A stretch of DNA of 64,000 nucleotides, taken from positions 531,336-595,335 of the forward strand of contig CAWBXO010000001.1 in assembly GCA_963792785.1 (NCBI GenBank), written 5' to 3'. This document shows positions 19,693 through 29,805 of the stretch, piece by piece. The notes beneath the pieces are model-generated. The model ran no database searches, was not told the DNA's origin, and saw only the letters and a list, made by a program, of their open reading frames with translations. Both the position numbers and the translations under genes were made by a program. The stretch's first letter is position 1. Every line of letters starts with the position of its first letter. The DNA comes from an uncultured Acidobacteriota bacterium (GTDB lineage Bacteria; Acidobacteriota; Vicinamibacteria; Vicinamibacterales; CAVVIG01).

Positions 19693-21930
19693 ATGATCAC
19701 CTCCCCCCTCCGCCCCCGGCGCCCGGCGCTCATCATCGCCGGGCTGGCTGTCTTCGCCCTGTCGCTCGCCGCCTCCTCGCCGCGCTTCTTCGAGGCCGTC
19801 ACGCAGGCCGACTTTCTCAAGGGCGATCTCACGGACCTGGCCGTCGACGCCCAGGGCCGGCTGAGCCTCGGCTTCGCCACCGAGGCGATCTACGAAACCG
19901 CGTCGCCCTTCGTCTGGGCGCTCGCCGCCGGTCCGGGCGGCGCCGCCTATCTCGGCAGCGGCAACGATGGCCGCGTGTTCCGCGTCGACGCCACCGGCCA
20001 GGGCTCGGTCCTCTTCGATGCCGCCGAGCTCGAGGTCCACGCGCTGGCGCCGGGCCCCGACGACAGCCTGTTCGTCGGCACGTCGCCCCAGGGGCGCATC
20101 TACAAGGTCGCGCGGGACGGCACCGCGGCGACCTTCTTCGATCCCGACGCCACGTACATCTGGGCGCTTGCCGTCGACCGCGCGGGCAACCTCTACGCGG
20201 CCACGGGCGAGGGCGGCGTCATTTACAAGATCGCGCCCGACGGGACCGGCGCGCCCTTCTACACGACGCGCACGACGCACGCGCTCGCGCTCGCGTTCGA
20301 CGGCGCGGGCAACCTGCTGGTCGGCACGGGCTCGCCGGGGCGCGTCATCCGCGTGGATCCGCAAGGCAAGGGCTTCGTCCTGCTCGACTCGTCGTTCGAG
20401 GAGATTCACATGCTCCGCTTCGACAGCGCCGGCCAGCTGTACGCGGCGGCCATCAACGGCGGCGCCCAGCCGGCGTCCGCGGCCCAGCCCGTGCCTGCGC
20501 CCTCGACGAGCTCGCAGGGCAACCAGCCCGTCGCCACGGTGTCCACCGAGGTGACCGCCGTCGTGGTCGCCGACTCGAGCTCCACGCAGGCGGCGCCCGC
20601 GGCCTCCCGCGACGACCGGCGGCTACCCAAGGGCGCGCTCTACCGGATCGCGCCGAACGGCCTCTGGGACGAAATCTGGGAGTCGCGTGACGACACGCCG
20701 TACGACGTGGCCTTCGAGCCGGACGGCGCGCTGCTCGTCGCCACGGGGAACAACGGCCGCATCTTCCGCCTCGACGGCGATCCGCTGCAGCCGACGCTGG
20801 TCGCGCGCGCGCCGGCCCGGCAGGTGACGGCGTTCCTCCGCGACGCGCAGGGCCGCCTCCGCTACGCCACGGCCAATCCGGGCAAGCTGTTCAGCCTCGC
20901 GTCGACGCGCGCGGCCACGGGCACGTACGAGTCGCAGCCGCTCGACGCCGAGACCGTCTCCACGTGGGGCGCGATCTCCTGGCGCGGCACGATCCCGGCG
21001 GGATCGAGCGTCCGCATCGCCACCCGCAGCGGCAACACCGAGACGCCCGACGACACGTGGAGCGACTGGTCCGCTGCCTACGCCGACGCGGACGGCTCCC
21101 CGATGTCGAACCCGAACGCGCGCTACCTCCAGTGGCGGGCGGTCTTGAGCGGATCGGGCGCTGGCCCGGTCCTGACCTCCGTGCGGGCCGCGTACCTGCA
21201 GCGCAATCTCCGGCCGACCGTGCGCACCGTCACGGTGCACCCGCCCGGCATCGTCTTTCAGAAGCCGTACAGCACCGGGGATCCGGAACTTGCCGGCTTC
21301 GCGAGTCAGTCGACGCCCGATCAGCGGCTCAACGCCGAGGCCACCGGCAGCAACGGCGGCGCGGGGCTCGGGCGCCGCGTCTACGAGAAGGGTCTCGAGA
21401 CGATCACCTGGCGCGCCGACGACGACAACGGCGACGACCTGCGCTATGACATCCTCTACCGCCGGGAAGGCCAGACCGACTGGACGGCGCTCCGCCGCGG
21501 CGTGACCGACACGATTCTGGTGTGGGATACCTCGACGGTGCCGAACGGGACGTACTTCGTGAAGGTGGTCGCGTCCGACGCGCCGTCCAACGCGCCGGCG
21601 GCCGCGCTTGCCGGCGAGTTGTCGAGCGCGGCGTTCGAGGTCGACAACACCCCGCCCGCGATCGCGGTCGGCGCCACGCGCGTGGCGAACGGGCGGACGA
21701 TCGTCAGCTTCGACGTCCGCGACGATCACTCACCCATCGAGCGCGTCGAGTATTCACGGGACGGGGTCGAGTGGCAGGGGGTGTTTCCGACCGACGGGAT
21801 CGCCGACTCACGTCTGGAGCACTACGAGCTGACGGTCGACGGCGCGCTCGACGCGCGCGGCCTGACGCTGCGCGCGATGGACGCGATGAATAACGTCGCC
21901 ACGGCGCACGTCGAGCGCGCCGCGCCTTAA
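19693..21930 (+). CDS. Exported beta-propeller protein with C-terminal FN3/Ig-like domains
   Basis: Repeated WALA...G..Y.ATG..G.I..I.PDG blades; WDTSTVPNGTYFVKVVASD FN3-like segment. Confidence 0.75.
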   Translation: MITSPLRPRRPALIIAGLAVFALSLAASSPRFFEAVTQADFLKGDLTDLAVDAQGRLSLGFATEAIYETASPFVWALAAGPGGAAYLGSGNDGRVFRVDATGQGSVLFDAAELEVHALAPGPDDSLFVGTSPQGRIYKVARDGTAATFFDPDATYIWALAVDRAGNLYAATGEGGVIYKIAPDGTGAPFYTTRTTHALALAFDGAGNLLVGTGSPGRVIRVDPQGKGFVLLDSSFEEIHMLRFDSAGQLYAAAINGGAQPASAAQPVPAPSTSSQGNQPVATVSTEVTAVVVADSSSTQAAPAASRDDRRLPKGALYRIAPNGLWDEIWESRDDTPYDVAFEPDGALLVATGNNGRIFRLDGDPLQPTLVARAPARQVTAFLRDAQGRLRYATANPGKLFSLASTRAATGTYESQPLDAETVSTWGAISWRGTIPAGSSVRIATRSGNTETPDDTWSDWSAAYADADGSPMSNPNARYLQWRAVLSGSGAGPVLTSVRAAYLQRNLRPTVRTVTVHPPGIVFQKPYSTGDPELAGFASQSTPDQRLNAEATGSNGGAGLGRRVYEKGLETITWRADDDNGDDLRYDILYRREGQTDWTALRRGVTDTILVWDTSTVPNGTYFVKVVASDAPSNAPAAALAGELSSAAFEVDNTPPAIAVGATRVANGRTIVSFDVRDDHSPIERVEYSRDGVEWQGVFPTDGIADSRLEHYELTVDGALDARGLTLRAMDAMNNVATAHVERAAP

Positions 21931-22748
21931 GCGATCTTCTTTTCGGGAAGGGGATCGGCCGGCTTCTCTGGTGCGGGCTCGGGCTCTGGCGCGGGGGCCT
22001 CAATCGGCCGCACGGTCGTGTTCGCCACCAGCCAGACCATGTTCACCGCAACCGGCCCGGCGTCGGACACCGCCGGCTCGAAGCGCGCCTCGGCGACGGC
22101 GTCCATCACGCCTTCGATCCGCCCGGCCTCGCCCACCCACTTGCCTCCCCGGGCGTGGAGGAACTCGACGCCCGAGATGCGCCCTTCACGCGTCACGACG
22201 GCCGCCAGCGCGAACACGGCGTCGTCTTCGGAGACGGTCCGCCGGGTGGCGGAGGCCAGGTCGAGCACGCGCGGCATCTGCACGCGTCCGTAATTCGACA
22301 CCGGGTTCTCGTTCGAGCCGGGCGAGCTCAGGATGCTGACGATGCCACCGAGTGAATCCGGACGCACGGTGGTGGCGAGGTGCAGCGTACCGAACATGAT
22401 CGTCGCGAAGACCAGCGTGGCCACCGCTGCGCTGAGCCCCGCGTACACCAGGTGCATGTCGTCGAAGAGGTCGCGCACGCGCACCGAAAACGCCGCGCTG
22501 GCCTCGACCTCCGCGCGGCTCACCACGGACGACTCGAAGATCTCGGCTTCGTTGCCCGTGAGCGTGAAGTGCGCGGACGCCGACCGCCGGAGGTCGGCGC
22601 GCAGCGTTTCCAGCTCCGTCAGCGTCACGGCGCACGCGTCGCAGGAGTCGAGATGCACGCCGACGGCGATCTGCTCGCCGATCGGCAGTTCCTCGTCGTG
22701 GTAGGCCTCGAGGAGGCGCCGGGCCACCTTGCAGGTGAGCGGCGTCAT
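21927..22748 (-). CDS. zf-HC2 anti-sigma factor with TM helix and TonB-C-like C-terminal domain
   Basis: HLDSCDAC zinc motif; one TM; VVTREGRISGVEFL...ARFEPA..PVAV; ATGA overlap with sigma factor. Confidence 0.78.
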   Translation of the reverse strand: MTPLTCKVARRLLEAYHDEELPIGEQIAVGVHLDSCDACAVTLTELETLRADLRRSASAHFTLTGNEAEIFESSVVSRAEVEASAAFSVRVRDLFDDMHLVYAGLSAAVATLVFATIMFGTLHLATTVRPDSLGGIVSILSSPGSNENPVSNYGRVQMPRVLDLASATRRTVSEDDAVFALAAVVTREGRISGVEFLHARGGKWVGEAGRIEGVMDAVAEARFEPAVSDAGPVAVNMVWLVANTTVRPIEAPAPEPEPAPEKPADPLPEKKIA

Positions 22749-23395
22749 CGTCCGCTCACTTCCCGCAACTCGGCGCGCAGGGCCTGCCGCGCCCGCGTGA
22801 GGCGCGACTTCACGGTGCCGATCGCGACGCCGAGCGAGTAGCCGATTTCCTCGTAGCTGAGGCCGTCGATCTCGCGCAGCACGACGGCCGTGCGCTGGTC
22901 GAACGGAAGACGCCCGAGCGCCGCCCAGAGCTGATCCGCCAGTTCCTTGCGGGCGAGCGCGCGCTCGGGCGTGACGTCTGGACCCGAAATCCGGTCGCCG
23001 TGGACGGCGATGTGCTCGTCGAGCGAGACCTGATCGTTGCGATGACGTCGGCGCCAGAACCGATGCCGGTTGCACGCCTGGTTGACCGCGATCCGGTAGA
23101 TCCAGGTGCGCAGGCTGGAGTGGCCGCGGAAGCTGTGGATCGTGCGGAACACGCGAAGGAAGACTTCCTGGGAGAGGTCGAGGGCTTCATCCCGGTCGCC
23201 CAGCAGGTTCATCGCGAGCTGGACCACCATCCGCTGGTGCTCGCCGACCAGTTCGCTGCAGGCGATCTGATCGCCGGCGACGCACCGGCGCACCAGCGCC
23301 GCATCGTGGCCTTCGACGCCTGACCAGACGGCGGTTCGCACGTCCTTCACTGAGAGCTCCGAGACAGCGGCATAGGCCCGGGTAACTCGTTCCAC
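22745..23395 (-). CDS. ECF sigma-70 factor
   Basis: DLSQEVFLRVF, SSLRTWIYRIAVN (region 2); GLSYEEIGYSLGVAIGTVKSRLTRAR (region 4); start uncertain. Confidence 0.93.
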   Translation of the reverse strand: MERVTRAYAAVSELSVKDVRTAVWSGVEGHDAALVRRCVAGDQIACSELVGEHQRMVVQLAMNLLGDRDEALDLSQEVFLRVFRTIHSFRGHSSLRTWIYRIAVNQACNRHRFWRRRHRNDQVSLDEHIAVHGDRISGPDVTPERALARKELADQLWAALGRLPFDQRTAVVLREIDGLSYEEIGYSLGVAIGTVKSRLTRARQALRAELREVSGR

Positions 23396-23457
23396 TATAT
23401 CGGACTTAGACCCCGACTGCGACTGAAAGTTCCAGGTTACGATAAAGCATCTAGACC

Positions 23458-24832
23458 ATGCGCTGGATCACCCTCGTCCTGGTCGGCCTTCTGCTCGCCG
23501 GCGCCGGCGGGGTCGCCGTCTACCAGGCCGCCCGCAGCGAGCGCGACTACCGGGCTCTGCTCGCCCAGGGCGATACCGCCCTGGGCGAGGAGCAGACCTT
23601 CGGCGCCATCGAGGCCTACAGCGGCGCCATCGCCCTGCGGCCCGCCTCCATGCTCGCGCACCTCCGCCGGGGCGAGACCTACGAACGCCGCGGCGAGCTC
23701 GAGGAGGCGGTGCGGGACTTCCGGAAGGCGGCTCAACTGGACGGGACCGCGCCCCGCCCGCTCGACGAGTTGGGCGACGTGCAGTACCGGCTTCAGCGCT
23801 ATGAACGCGCGGCCGACAGCTACACGCGCTACCTGGCGCTCGACAATCGGTCGGCCCGGGTCGACTACAAGCTCGGGCTCGCGCGGTATCGGGCCGGTGA
23901 CACCCCGGCCGCCCTCGAAACGCTGCAGCGGGCGGTGGATCTCGACGACCAGTTTGCCGACGCCTACTACCTGATGGGTGTCTGCCTCCGCGATGCCGAC
24001 CGGCGCGCCGACGCCCTGCCCGCCCTGGAGCGGGCGGTCTCGCTCTCCCCCGGGCTCATTCCCGCCCGCGAGGAGCTCGCCGATCTCTACACCGACCTCG
24101 GGCGCTCGGCCGACGCGCTCGATCAGCTCGCAGACCATCGCGGGGCTCGATCGCGGCCGCGTCGAGCGTCAGGTGGCGGTGAGCCTCGCCCACGCGAGCG
24201 CGGGCAACGCGGATCTCGCCGTGCTCACACTCGGCAACGCGCTCGAGCGGACGTCGGGCCAGCCGCTGCTCTATGAGGCGCTCGGCCGGGTGTGGCTGGA
24301 TCTGGCGCGCCGCCACGACTCGGTCGCGCTCGGCAAGGCGCTCGAGGCGCTCGGACGGGTGGCGTCGAGCCCCGCCGCCTCGAGCGGCGCGCTGCTGCTC
24401 TACGGCCAGGCCCTGCAGCTCGACGGCCAGGCGGACGCCGCGGAGCGGACGCTCCAGCAGGCCGCCTCGCGCGAGCCCATCGCGCCGGCCGCCCTGCGCG
24501 CGTACGCCGACGCCGCGACGGCTGGGAACCACTTCGAGGACGCCCGCGAGGCGCTGATGAAATATCGCGCGCTCGTGACCGACGGCAACGACGCCGCGCG
24601 CATGTCGGAAATCGCGGAACTGTCCTCGCGCCTGCACGACGATCAGGGGGCGGCCGCCTGGTTCGGCCGCGCCCTCGAGCTGGCGCCCGACAACGTCCGC
24701 GCGCTCGCCGGCCTGGCCGAAGCACAGCTCGGTCTGGGCCTCACCGACACGGCGCGGGCCACCACCGAGCGCGGCCTGCAGATCGCCCCCGACAACGCGC
24801 GCCTGCGCGCCGTCGCCCAGCGCCTACACTAG
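23458..24832 (+). CDS. TPR-repeat protein, interrupted by an apparent +1 frameshift near 24130
   Basis: TPR repeats continue across ORFs 23458-24276 and 23978-24832; removing one base in CTCGCAG restores DQLQTIAGLD. Confidence 0.75.
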
Positions 24833-25642
24833 CTCCCGCGCCTTCGTCCCGCGCGCCATTTTCGGATCGGCCCAGTCGCGCAGCCCGTCGCCCAGAAAAT
24901 TGAAGCCGAGGACGAGCAGCGCGATCGCGAGGCCCGGGAACAACGTGAGGTGCGGCGCGTCGAGCAGGTGCGCGCGACCGCCGTTCAGCATCGTGCCCCA
25001 GCTGGGCGTGGGCGGCTGGACGCCGAGCCCCAGGAAGCTGAGCGCGGCCTCCCCGAGAATCGCGCCCGCCATGCCGAGCGTGCCCTGGACGACGACGGCC
25101 GGCAGCGCCAGCGGGATCACGTGCCGCCACAGGATCCGCGGCGCGCCCGCGCCGAGCGCCCGCGCCGCCTGCACGTACTCGAGCTCGCGCGCGCGCAGCG
25201 CCTGCCCGCGCACCAGGCGCGCGTAGCCGACCCACCCGCCGATCGTCAGCGCGATCAGCACGTTGCGCAGGTTCGGCCCCAGCACGGCGACCAGCGCAAT
25301 CGCCAGCAGCAGCCCCGGGAACGCCAGCAGCATGTCGATCACGCGGCTGATCACATCGTCCACGAGGCCGCCGAAGTAGCCGGCGACCGCGCCGAGCGTC
25401 GTGCCGACGCTGGCCGACACGCCGACGACGGTGATGCCCACGAGGAACGAGATCCGCGCGCCCAGCAGGACGCGCGAGAAGATGTCGCGGCCGAGCTCGT
25501 CCAGCCCGAAGGGATGCGCCAGGCTCGGACCGGCCAGGCGCAGGGCCAGGTCCTGGGCCGCCGCGTCGAACGGCGCAAGCGTGGGCCCGAGGATGGCCGC
25601 GAGCGCCGCCACGAGCACGATGAAGCCGCCGACCTTCAGCAT
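24824..25642 (-). CDS. Peptide/nickel ABC transporter permease (DppC/OppC)
   Basis: HPFGLDELGRD, EYVQAARALGA EAA loop, EAALSFLGLG, PSWG. Confidence 0.93.
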   Translation of the reverse strand: MLKVGGFIVLVAALAAILGPTLAPFDAAAQDLALRLAGPSLAHPFGLDELGRDIFSRVLLGARISFLVGITVVGVSASVGTTLGAVAGYFGGLVDDVISRVIDMLLAFPGLLLAIALVAVLGPNLRNVLIALTIGGWVGYARLVRGQALRARELEYVQAARALGAGAPRILWRHVIPLALPAVVVQGTLGMAGAILGEAALSFLGLGVQPPTPSWGTMLNGGRAHLLDAPHLTLFPGLAIALLVLGFNFLGDGLRDWADPKMARGTKARELV

Positions 25643-25648
25643 CGCGCC

Positions 25649-26569
25649 CTACTCATAGCGGATCCGCGGGTCCAGCAGGCCGTACACGAGGTCGGTGACG
25701 AGGTTCACCGAGACGTACGTCACCGCGATGAGCAGGATGCAGCCCTGCACGACGGGATAGTCGCGAAAGCTGATCGACTGGATGAGCAGCCGGCCGACAC
25801 CGGGCCAGGCGAAGATCGTCTCGGTGATGACGGCGCCCGTGAGCAACATGCCGACCTGCAGGCCGAGAATCGTCACGATCGGGATCAGACTGTTCCGGAA
25901 CGCGTGCACGATCACGCTGCGCACGCGGGAGACGCCGCGCGCGCGCGCGGCCAGCACGTACAGCTCGCGCAGCTCCTCGAGGACGCTCGCGCGCGTCATG
26001 CGCGCCAGCACCGCCGCCAGAGGCGCGCCCAGCGTGATCCCCGGCAGGACGAGATGGGCCAGCGTCCCCCGGCCCGACACCGGCAGCCAGCCCAGCTCGA
26101 CGGAAAACACGATCGCCAGGAGCGGCCCCAGCCAGAAGTTGGGAATCGAGATGCCGAGCAGCGCGACGACGGTGGCGGCATAGTCCACGCCCGTGCCGGC
26201 GCACGAGGCGGCCAGCAGGCCGAGCGGCAGCGCGATCAGAATCGCCACGCCCATCGCCACCACTGCGAGCTCGGCCGTCGCGGGCAGCCGCTCCGCGATC
26301 GCCGCCGTGACCGGCTGGTTCGTCCGCAGCGAGGTGCCGAGATCGCCGGCCGCAAGGTGCCGGATGTAGTGCTCGTACTGCACGAGCAGCGGTTGATCGA
26401 GGCCCAGGCGCACCCGCAGATCCGCGACGTCGGCCGGCGACGCGCTCTCGCCGAGCATCGCCTGCACGGGATCGCCCGGGACCAGATGGATCAACAGAAA
26501 GACCAGCGTCGCGACGCCGAGGATCACGGGAACCGTGAGCAGCAGCCGGCGGGCGATGAACGCCGTCAT
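25649..26569 (-). CDS. Peptide/nickel ABC transporter permease (DppB/NikB)
   Basis: PGDP, GDLGTS, SIPNFWLG, HAFRNSLIP, ETIFAWPGVG, RDYPVVQG. Confidence 0.93.
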   Translation of the reverse strand: MTAFIARRLLLTVPVILGVATLVFLLIHLVPGDPVQAMLGESASPADVADLRVRLGLDQPLLVQYEHYIRHLAAGDLGTSLRTNQPVTAAIAERLPATAELAVVAMGVAILIALPLGLLAASCAGTGVDYAATVVALLGISIPNFWLGPLLAIVFSVELGWLPVSGRGTLAHLVLPGITLGAPLAAVLARMTRASVLEELRELYVLAARARGVSRVRSVIVHAFRNSLIPIVTILGLQVGMLLTGAVITETIFAWPGVGRLLIQSISFRDYPVVQGCILLIAVTYVSVNLVTDLVYGLLDPRIRYE

Positions 26570-29500
26570 GCGCGGGTCTGGATTCCGAGCCGTTTCATGA
26601 GCTTCGTCAGCCCCTGCCGCGACACGCCGAGCTCGCTCGCCGCGCGCGTGTGATGTCCGCCGGCGCGCGCCAGCGCGCCCCGGACGAACCGTTCCTCGAA
26701 CGCCCGGCGCGCCTGGTCGAGGCGCAGCGGCTCACCGGGCGCCTCGCTGACGTCTGGCGGCAGCGCGGTCGGCGGCACGACGCCCCGCTTCGCGCAGCGA
26801 ACCGCCAGCGCCGCCAGCACGTTCTGCAGCTCCCGGACGTTGCCGGGCCAATGATAGCGCGTGAGCGCCGCCATCGTACCCGCCGCCAGCACCGCGCGCG
26901 ACCCGACGCGCCCGGTCGCCTCGCGCCAGTACGCCTCGACGAGCGGCGGCACGTCCTCGCGCCGGTCGCGCAGCGGCGGCACCCGGATCCGGACCACGTC
27001 GAGGCGGTACAACAAGTCCGCGCGAAACCGGCCCGCCTCGACGTCCCGCCGCAGATCCCGGTTGGTGGCCGCCACGACGCGCGCGTCCACGCGGCGCAGG
27101 GCCGACTCGCCCAGGCGGCGCACCTCGCCGTCCTGCACGACGCGCAGCAGCTTCGCCTGCGCCCGCGGCGACAGCTCGGCGATCTCGTCGAGAAAGAGCG
27201 TGCCGCCGTGGGCGTCCTCGAAGACGCCCGCCCGTTCGCCCGCCGCTCCGGTGAACGCGCCGCGCGCGTGGCCGAAGAGCTCGGACTCGACGAGGTCCTC
27301 CGGCAGCGCCGCGCAGTTGATCGACACGAACGCGCGGTCGCGTCGCGGCCCGCGGGAATGGAGCGCGCGCGCCACGAGTTCCTTGCCGCTGCCGCTCTCG
27401 CCTTCAACCAGGACGGGGAACGGCGCCGGCGCGGCCTGCGCGACGGCGTCGCGGACCCGCTGGAGCGCATCGCTCGTGCCGATCAGCGCGTCGGGCCCCG
27501 CTCCGGCCGCGGCACGCCGGGAGGCCCGCATCGACGCGACCACCGGCGCCAGCGCGGCGGCGACGGGACCGAGCGCCGCAAGCGGGGCCGAGCGCACCGG
27601 CGCCGCGCCCAGCGGCCAGACCACGCCCACCGCGCCAATCACGTCGCCGGCATAGAGGATCGGGGCTGCTTCGACCCCCGGCCCCTGGCGCACGGCCGGT
27701 GCCACGGCCACGCCGGCGGCGATTGCGCGTCCGGCGGCCTCGCTGGGAACGCCGGCCCCGTCCGACGCGATGACGGCGGGCTCGCTCGCGGCCGGGACGA
27801 AAACGGCGACGCCGGCGGCCCGCACGTCGCGCCGCAGCCGGCCGCACGCCTCGCGGAGCACCGCCGCCTCGTCCCCGGCGGCCTGACAGGCCTGCAGGAT
27901 GTCCACGAGGCACGGCGCCAGACCGCTCGTCCCGCCGCCGCTCGCCGCCAACCCGCGCGCCGCCGCCGGCACGAGCCAGACGAGCCCGGCCAGTCCCGTG
28001 CCGGTGATGTGCCGCTCGACGATGGTTTTCACCGCCGCCTGGCCGGCGACGAGGTCGCGCATCAGCTTGATCTTCGCGCGCAGCAGCGGGGGCAGGCACG
28101 GCAGCAGCCGGATCGGCACCCGCAAGGCGAGGGAGGCGGCGGCCGGTTCTCCGTCGCGGCGATGGGCCTCGGCCAGCAGAACGCGAGCGGTCACCGCCAG
28201 CATCGGCAGGCGGTCTTCGACCGCCGCGGACAGCGCCGCGCCCGCGGCCGCGCGGGCCGCCTCGGTATCGCCGGCGGCCAGGTGCACCCAGGCTGCCGCG
28301 GCGGCGCCGAGCGCTCGCGCGCCGCGTGCCGCGCTGCCCCTCGCCCTGGACGCGCAGCCGTGCGCGAGGTCCAGCCGCCCGACGGACGCCGCCGCCCGCG
28401 CCCGCAGCGCAAGCGCGCGGGCATCGGTCCACTCCTCCCCGCCGGCCCGCTCGCGAGAGGCGTCCCCGTCCAGCAGATCGGCCGCTTCGGCGAAGCCGCC
28501 GCGCCACCACAGACAGCGCGCGAGCTCGACCCGCACGGCACGCGCGCCGGCATCGTCGCCCGGAACGGGCGCGGCCGCGGCGGTGCGCAGCAGCTCCTCG
28601 GCCTCATCGAGGCGCCCGAGGTCGATGCGCGCCCGCGCCGACATCGCCGCGAGCGCCAGCGGGCCGCCGTCGAGCGAAGCGCCTCCGGGCAGCCGCGCGG
28701 CCGGCTCCAGCACCGTCAACGCATCGCGAGGCCTCCCCCGCCCGACGAGCGCCGACGCAAGCGCCAGCGCGCCTGTCACCGCCGGCTCGCGGAGCCCGCG
28801 CCGTTCGGCGGCGCCAATCGCCTGTCGCAGGCGGCGCTCGCCGGCGGCGCGCCGGCCCGCCGCCAGCAGAGCCTGGGCCGTCGCAATCTGCTCCCGAACG
28901 TGCGCGTCGGCCGACGGATCGATCCGCGCCCAGCGATGCACCGGCGGCGGCCCGCTCAGTTCGCCCAGGCCGTAGGTCGCGCGCTGCTCGGCGGCCCGGA
29001 CGGCGCGGTCGCGGCACGCCGTGTCCTGGCCCCTCGCGGCCGCGCGCGGCCTCAGCAAGATGCGATCGACACCGTCCACGTCGGCCTGCGCCGCGCCGAT
29101 GGCGACCCGCGGCCGGGGGGACCGCAGGGCCTGCGTGACGAGCGCCGCCCACAGCCGCTGAAAGCGCGGGCGGTCCGATTGCCCCGCGAACGACTCCGCC
29201 AGCAGGCAGAGCGATCGCTCCCGAAGAACCGCCTCGACAACGGGCGTCGATCCGCCGGTGTCGGCCAGCTCCAGCGCCATGGGCACGAAGCCGCCCAGCC
29301 GCGCGAGGCGCGCCGCGCGGATCAGGGCGGCGCCCCGCGCGCCCGGCGATGCGCCCTGCACGGCGACAATCCGCGCCGCCGCCGCGGCCTCGTGTTCCGC
29401 GGGATCGAAGAGGCGCGCGATCAACCGATCCACGCGCGCCGCGTCGGACCATCCCGGCGCGCGCGGCATCGGCCCGGGCGGCGGCCCGCTCCACGCCTCG

Positions 29501-29706
29501 AAGACGCCGCCGCGACCGTCCGTCCCGTAGTCGACGAGCGTGGACGGACCCGGCCCACCGAGCGCCGCGTCACATGCCTCGCTCCAGGCGATCTGTTCCC
29601 GGACGGCCCCGGCCGGGCGTCGCACGATCCACACGGGCCGCGCCGAGGCCAGATCGATGGCGCGTCCGGGCTCCTCGAGCACCATGAACCGATCGGCGAA
29701 CAGCAC
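26566..29706 (-). CDS. Large sigma-54-dependent activator (bEBP) with long degenerate N-terminal region
   Basis: GESGSGKE, ESELFGHARGAFTGA, LFLDEIAE, FRADLLYRL, WPGNVREL, Fis HTH; start (GTG ~29706) uncertain. Confidence 0.85.
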   Translation of the reverse strand: MLFADRFMVLEEPGRAIDLASARPVWIVRRPAGAVREQIAWSEACDAALGGPGPSTLVDYGTDGRGGVFEAWSGPPPGPMPRAPGWSDAARVDRLIARLFDPAEHEAAAAARIVAVQGASPGARGAALIRAARLARLGGFVPMALELADTGGSTPVVEAVLRERSLCLLAESFAGQSDRPRFQRLWAALVTQALRSPRPRVAIGAAQADVDGVDRILLRPRAAARGQDTACRDRAVRAAEQRATYGLGELSGPPPVHRWARIDPSADAHVREQIATAQALLAAGRRAAGERRLRQAIGAAERRGLREPAVTGALALASALVGRGRPRDALTVLEPAARLPGGASLDGGPLALAAMSARARIDLGRLDEAEELLRTAAAAPVPGDDAGARAVRVELARCLWWRGGFAEAADLLDGDASRERAGGEEWTDARALALRARAAASVGRLDLAHGCASRARGSAARGARALGAAAAAWVHLAAGDTEAARAAAGAALSAAVEDRLPMLAVTARVLLAEAHRRDGEPAAASLALRVPIRLLPCLPPLLRAKIKLMRDLVAGQAAVKTIVERHITGTGLAGLVWLVPAAARGLAASGGGTSGLAPCLVDILQACQAAGDEAAVLREACGRLRRDVRAAGVAVFVPAASEPAVIASDGAGVPSEAAGRAIAAGVAVAPAVRQGPGVEAAPILYAGDVIGAVGVVWPLGAAPVRSAPLAALGPVAAALAPVVASMRASRRAAAGAGPDALIGTSDALQRVRDAVAQAAPAPFPVLVEGESGSGKELVARALHSRGPRRDRAFVSINCAALPEDLVESELFGHARGAFTGAAGERAGVFEDAHGGTLFLDEIAELSPRAQAKLLRVVQDGEVRRLGESALRRVDARVVAATNRDLRRDVEAGRFRADLLYRLDVVRIRVPPLRDRREDVPPLVEAYWREATGRVGSRAVLAAGTMAALTRYHWPGNVRELQNVLAALAVRCAKRGVVPPTALPPDVSEAPGEPLRLDQARRAFEERFVRGALARAGGHHTRAASELGVSRQGLTKLMKRLGIQTRA

Positions 29707-29805
29707 GCGCGCGCACGGTGCAAGATCCCGTCCGCCGCGAAACGCCCGGGAACGCGGCGCCGGCGTCCGGGAGGGCGAAGGAACTTCGTATAAAATGAAC
29801 GGCGA

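Noticed and set aside
26650-29793. 1047-aa + strand ORF and other long antisense ORFs (17553-19499, 32149-34341, 55065-57194, 57405-59300)
   Set aside because: Shadow ORFs opposite recognisable genes, expected in high-GC DNA; no motifs.
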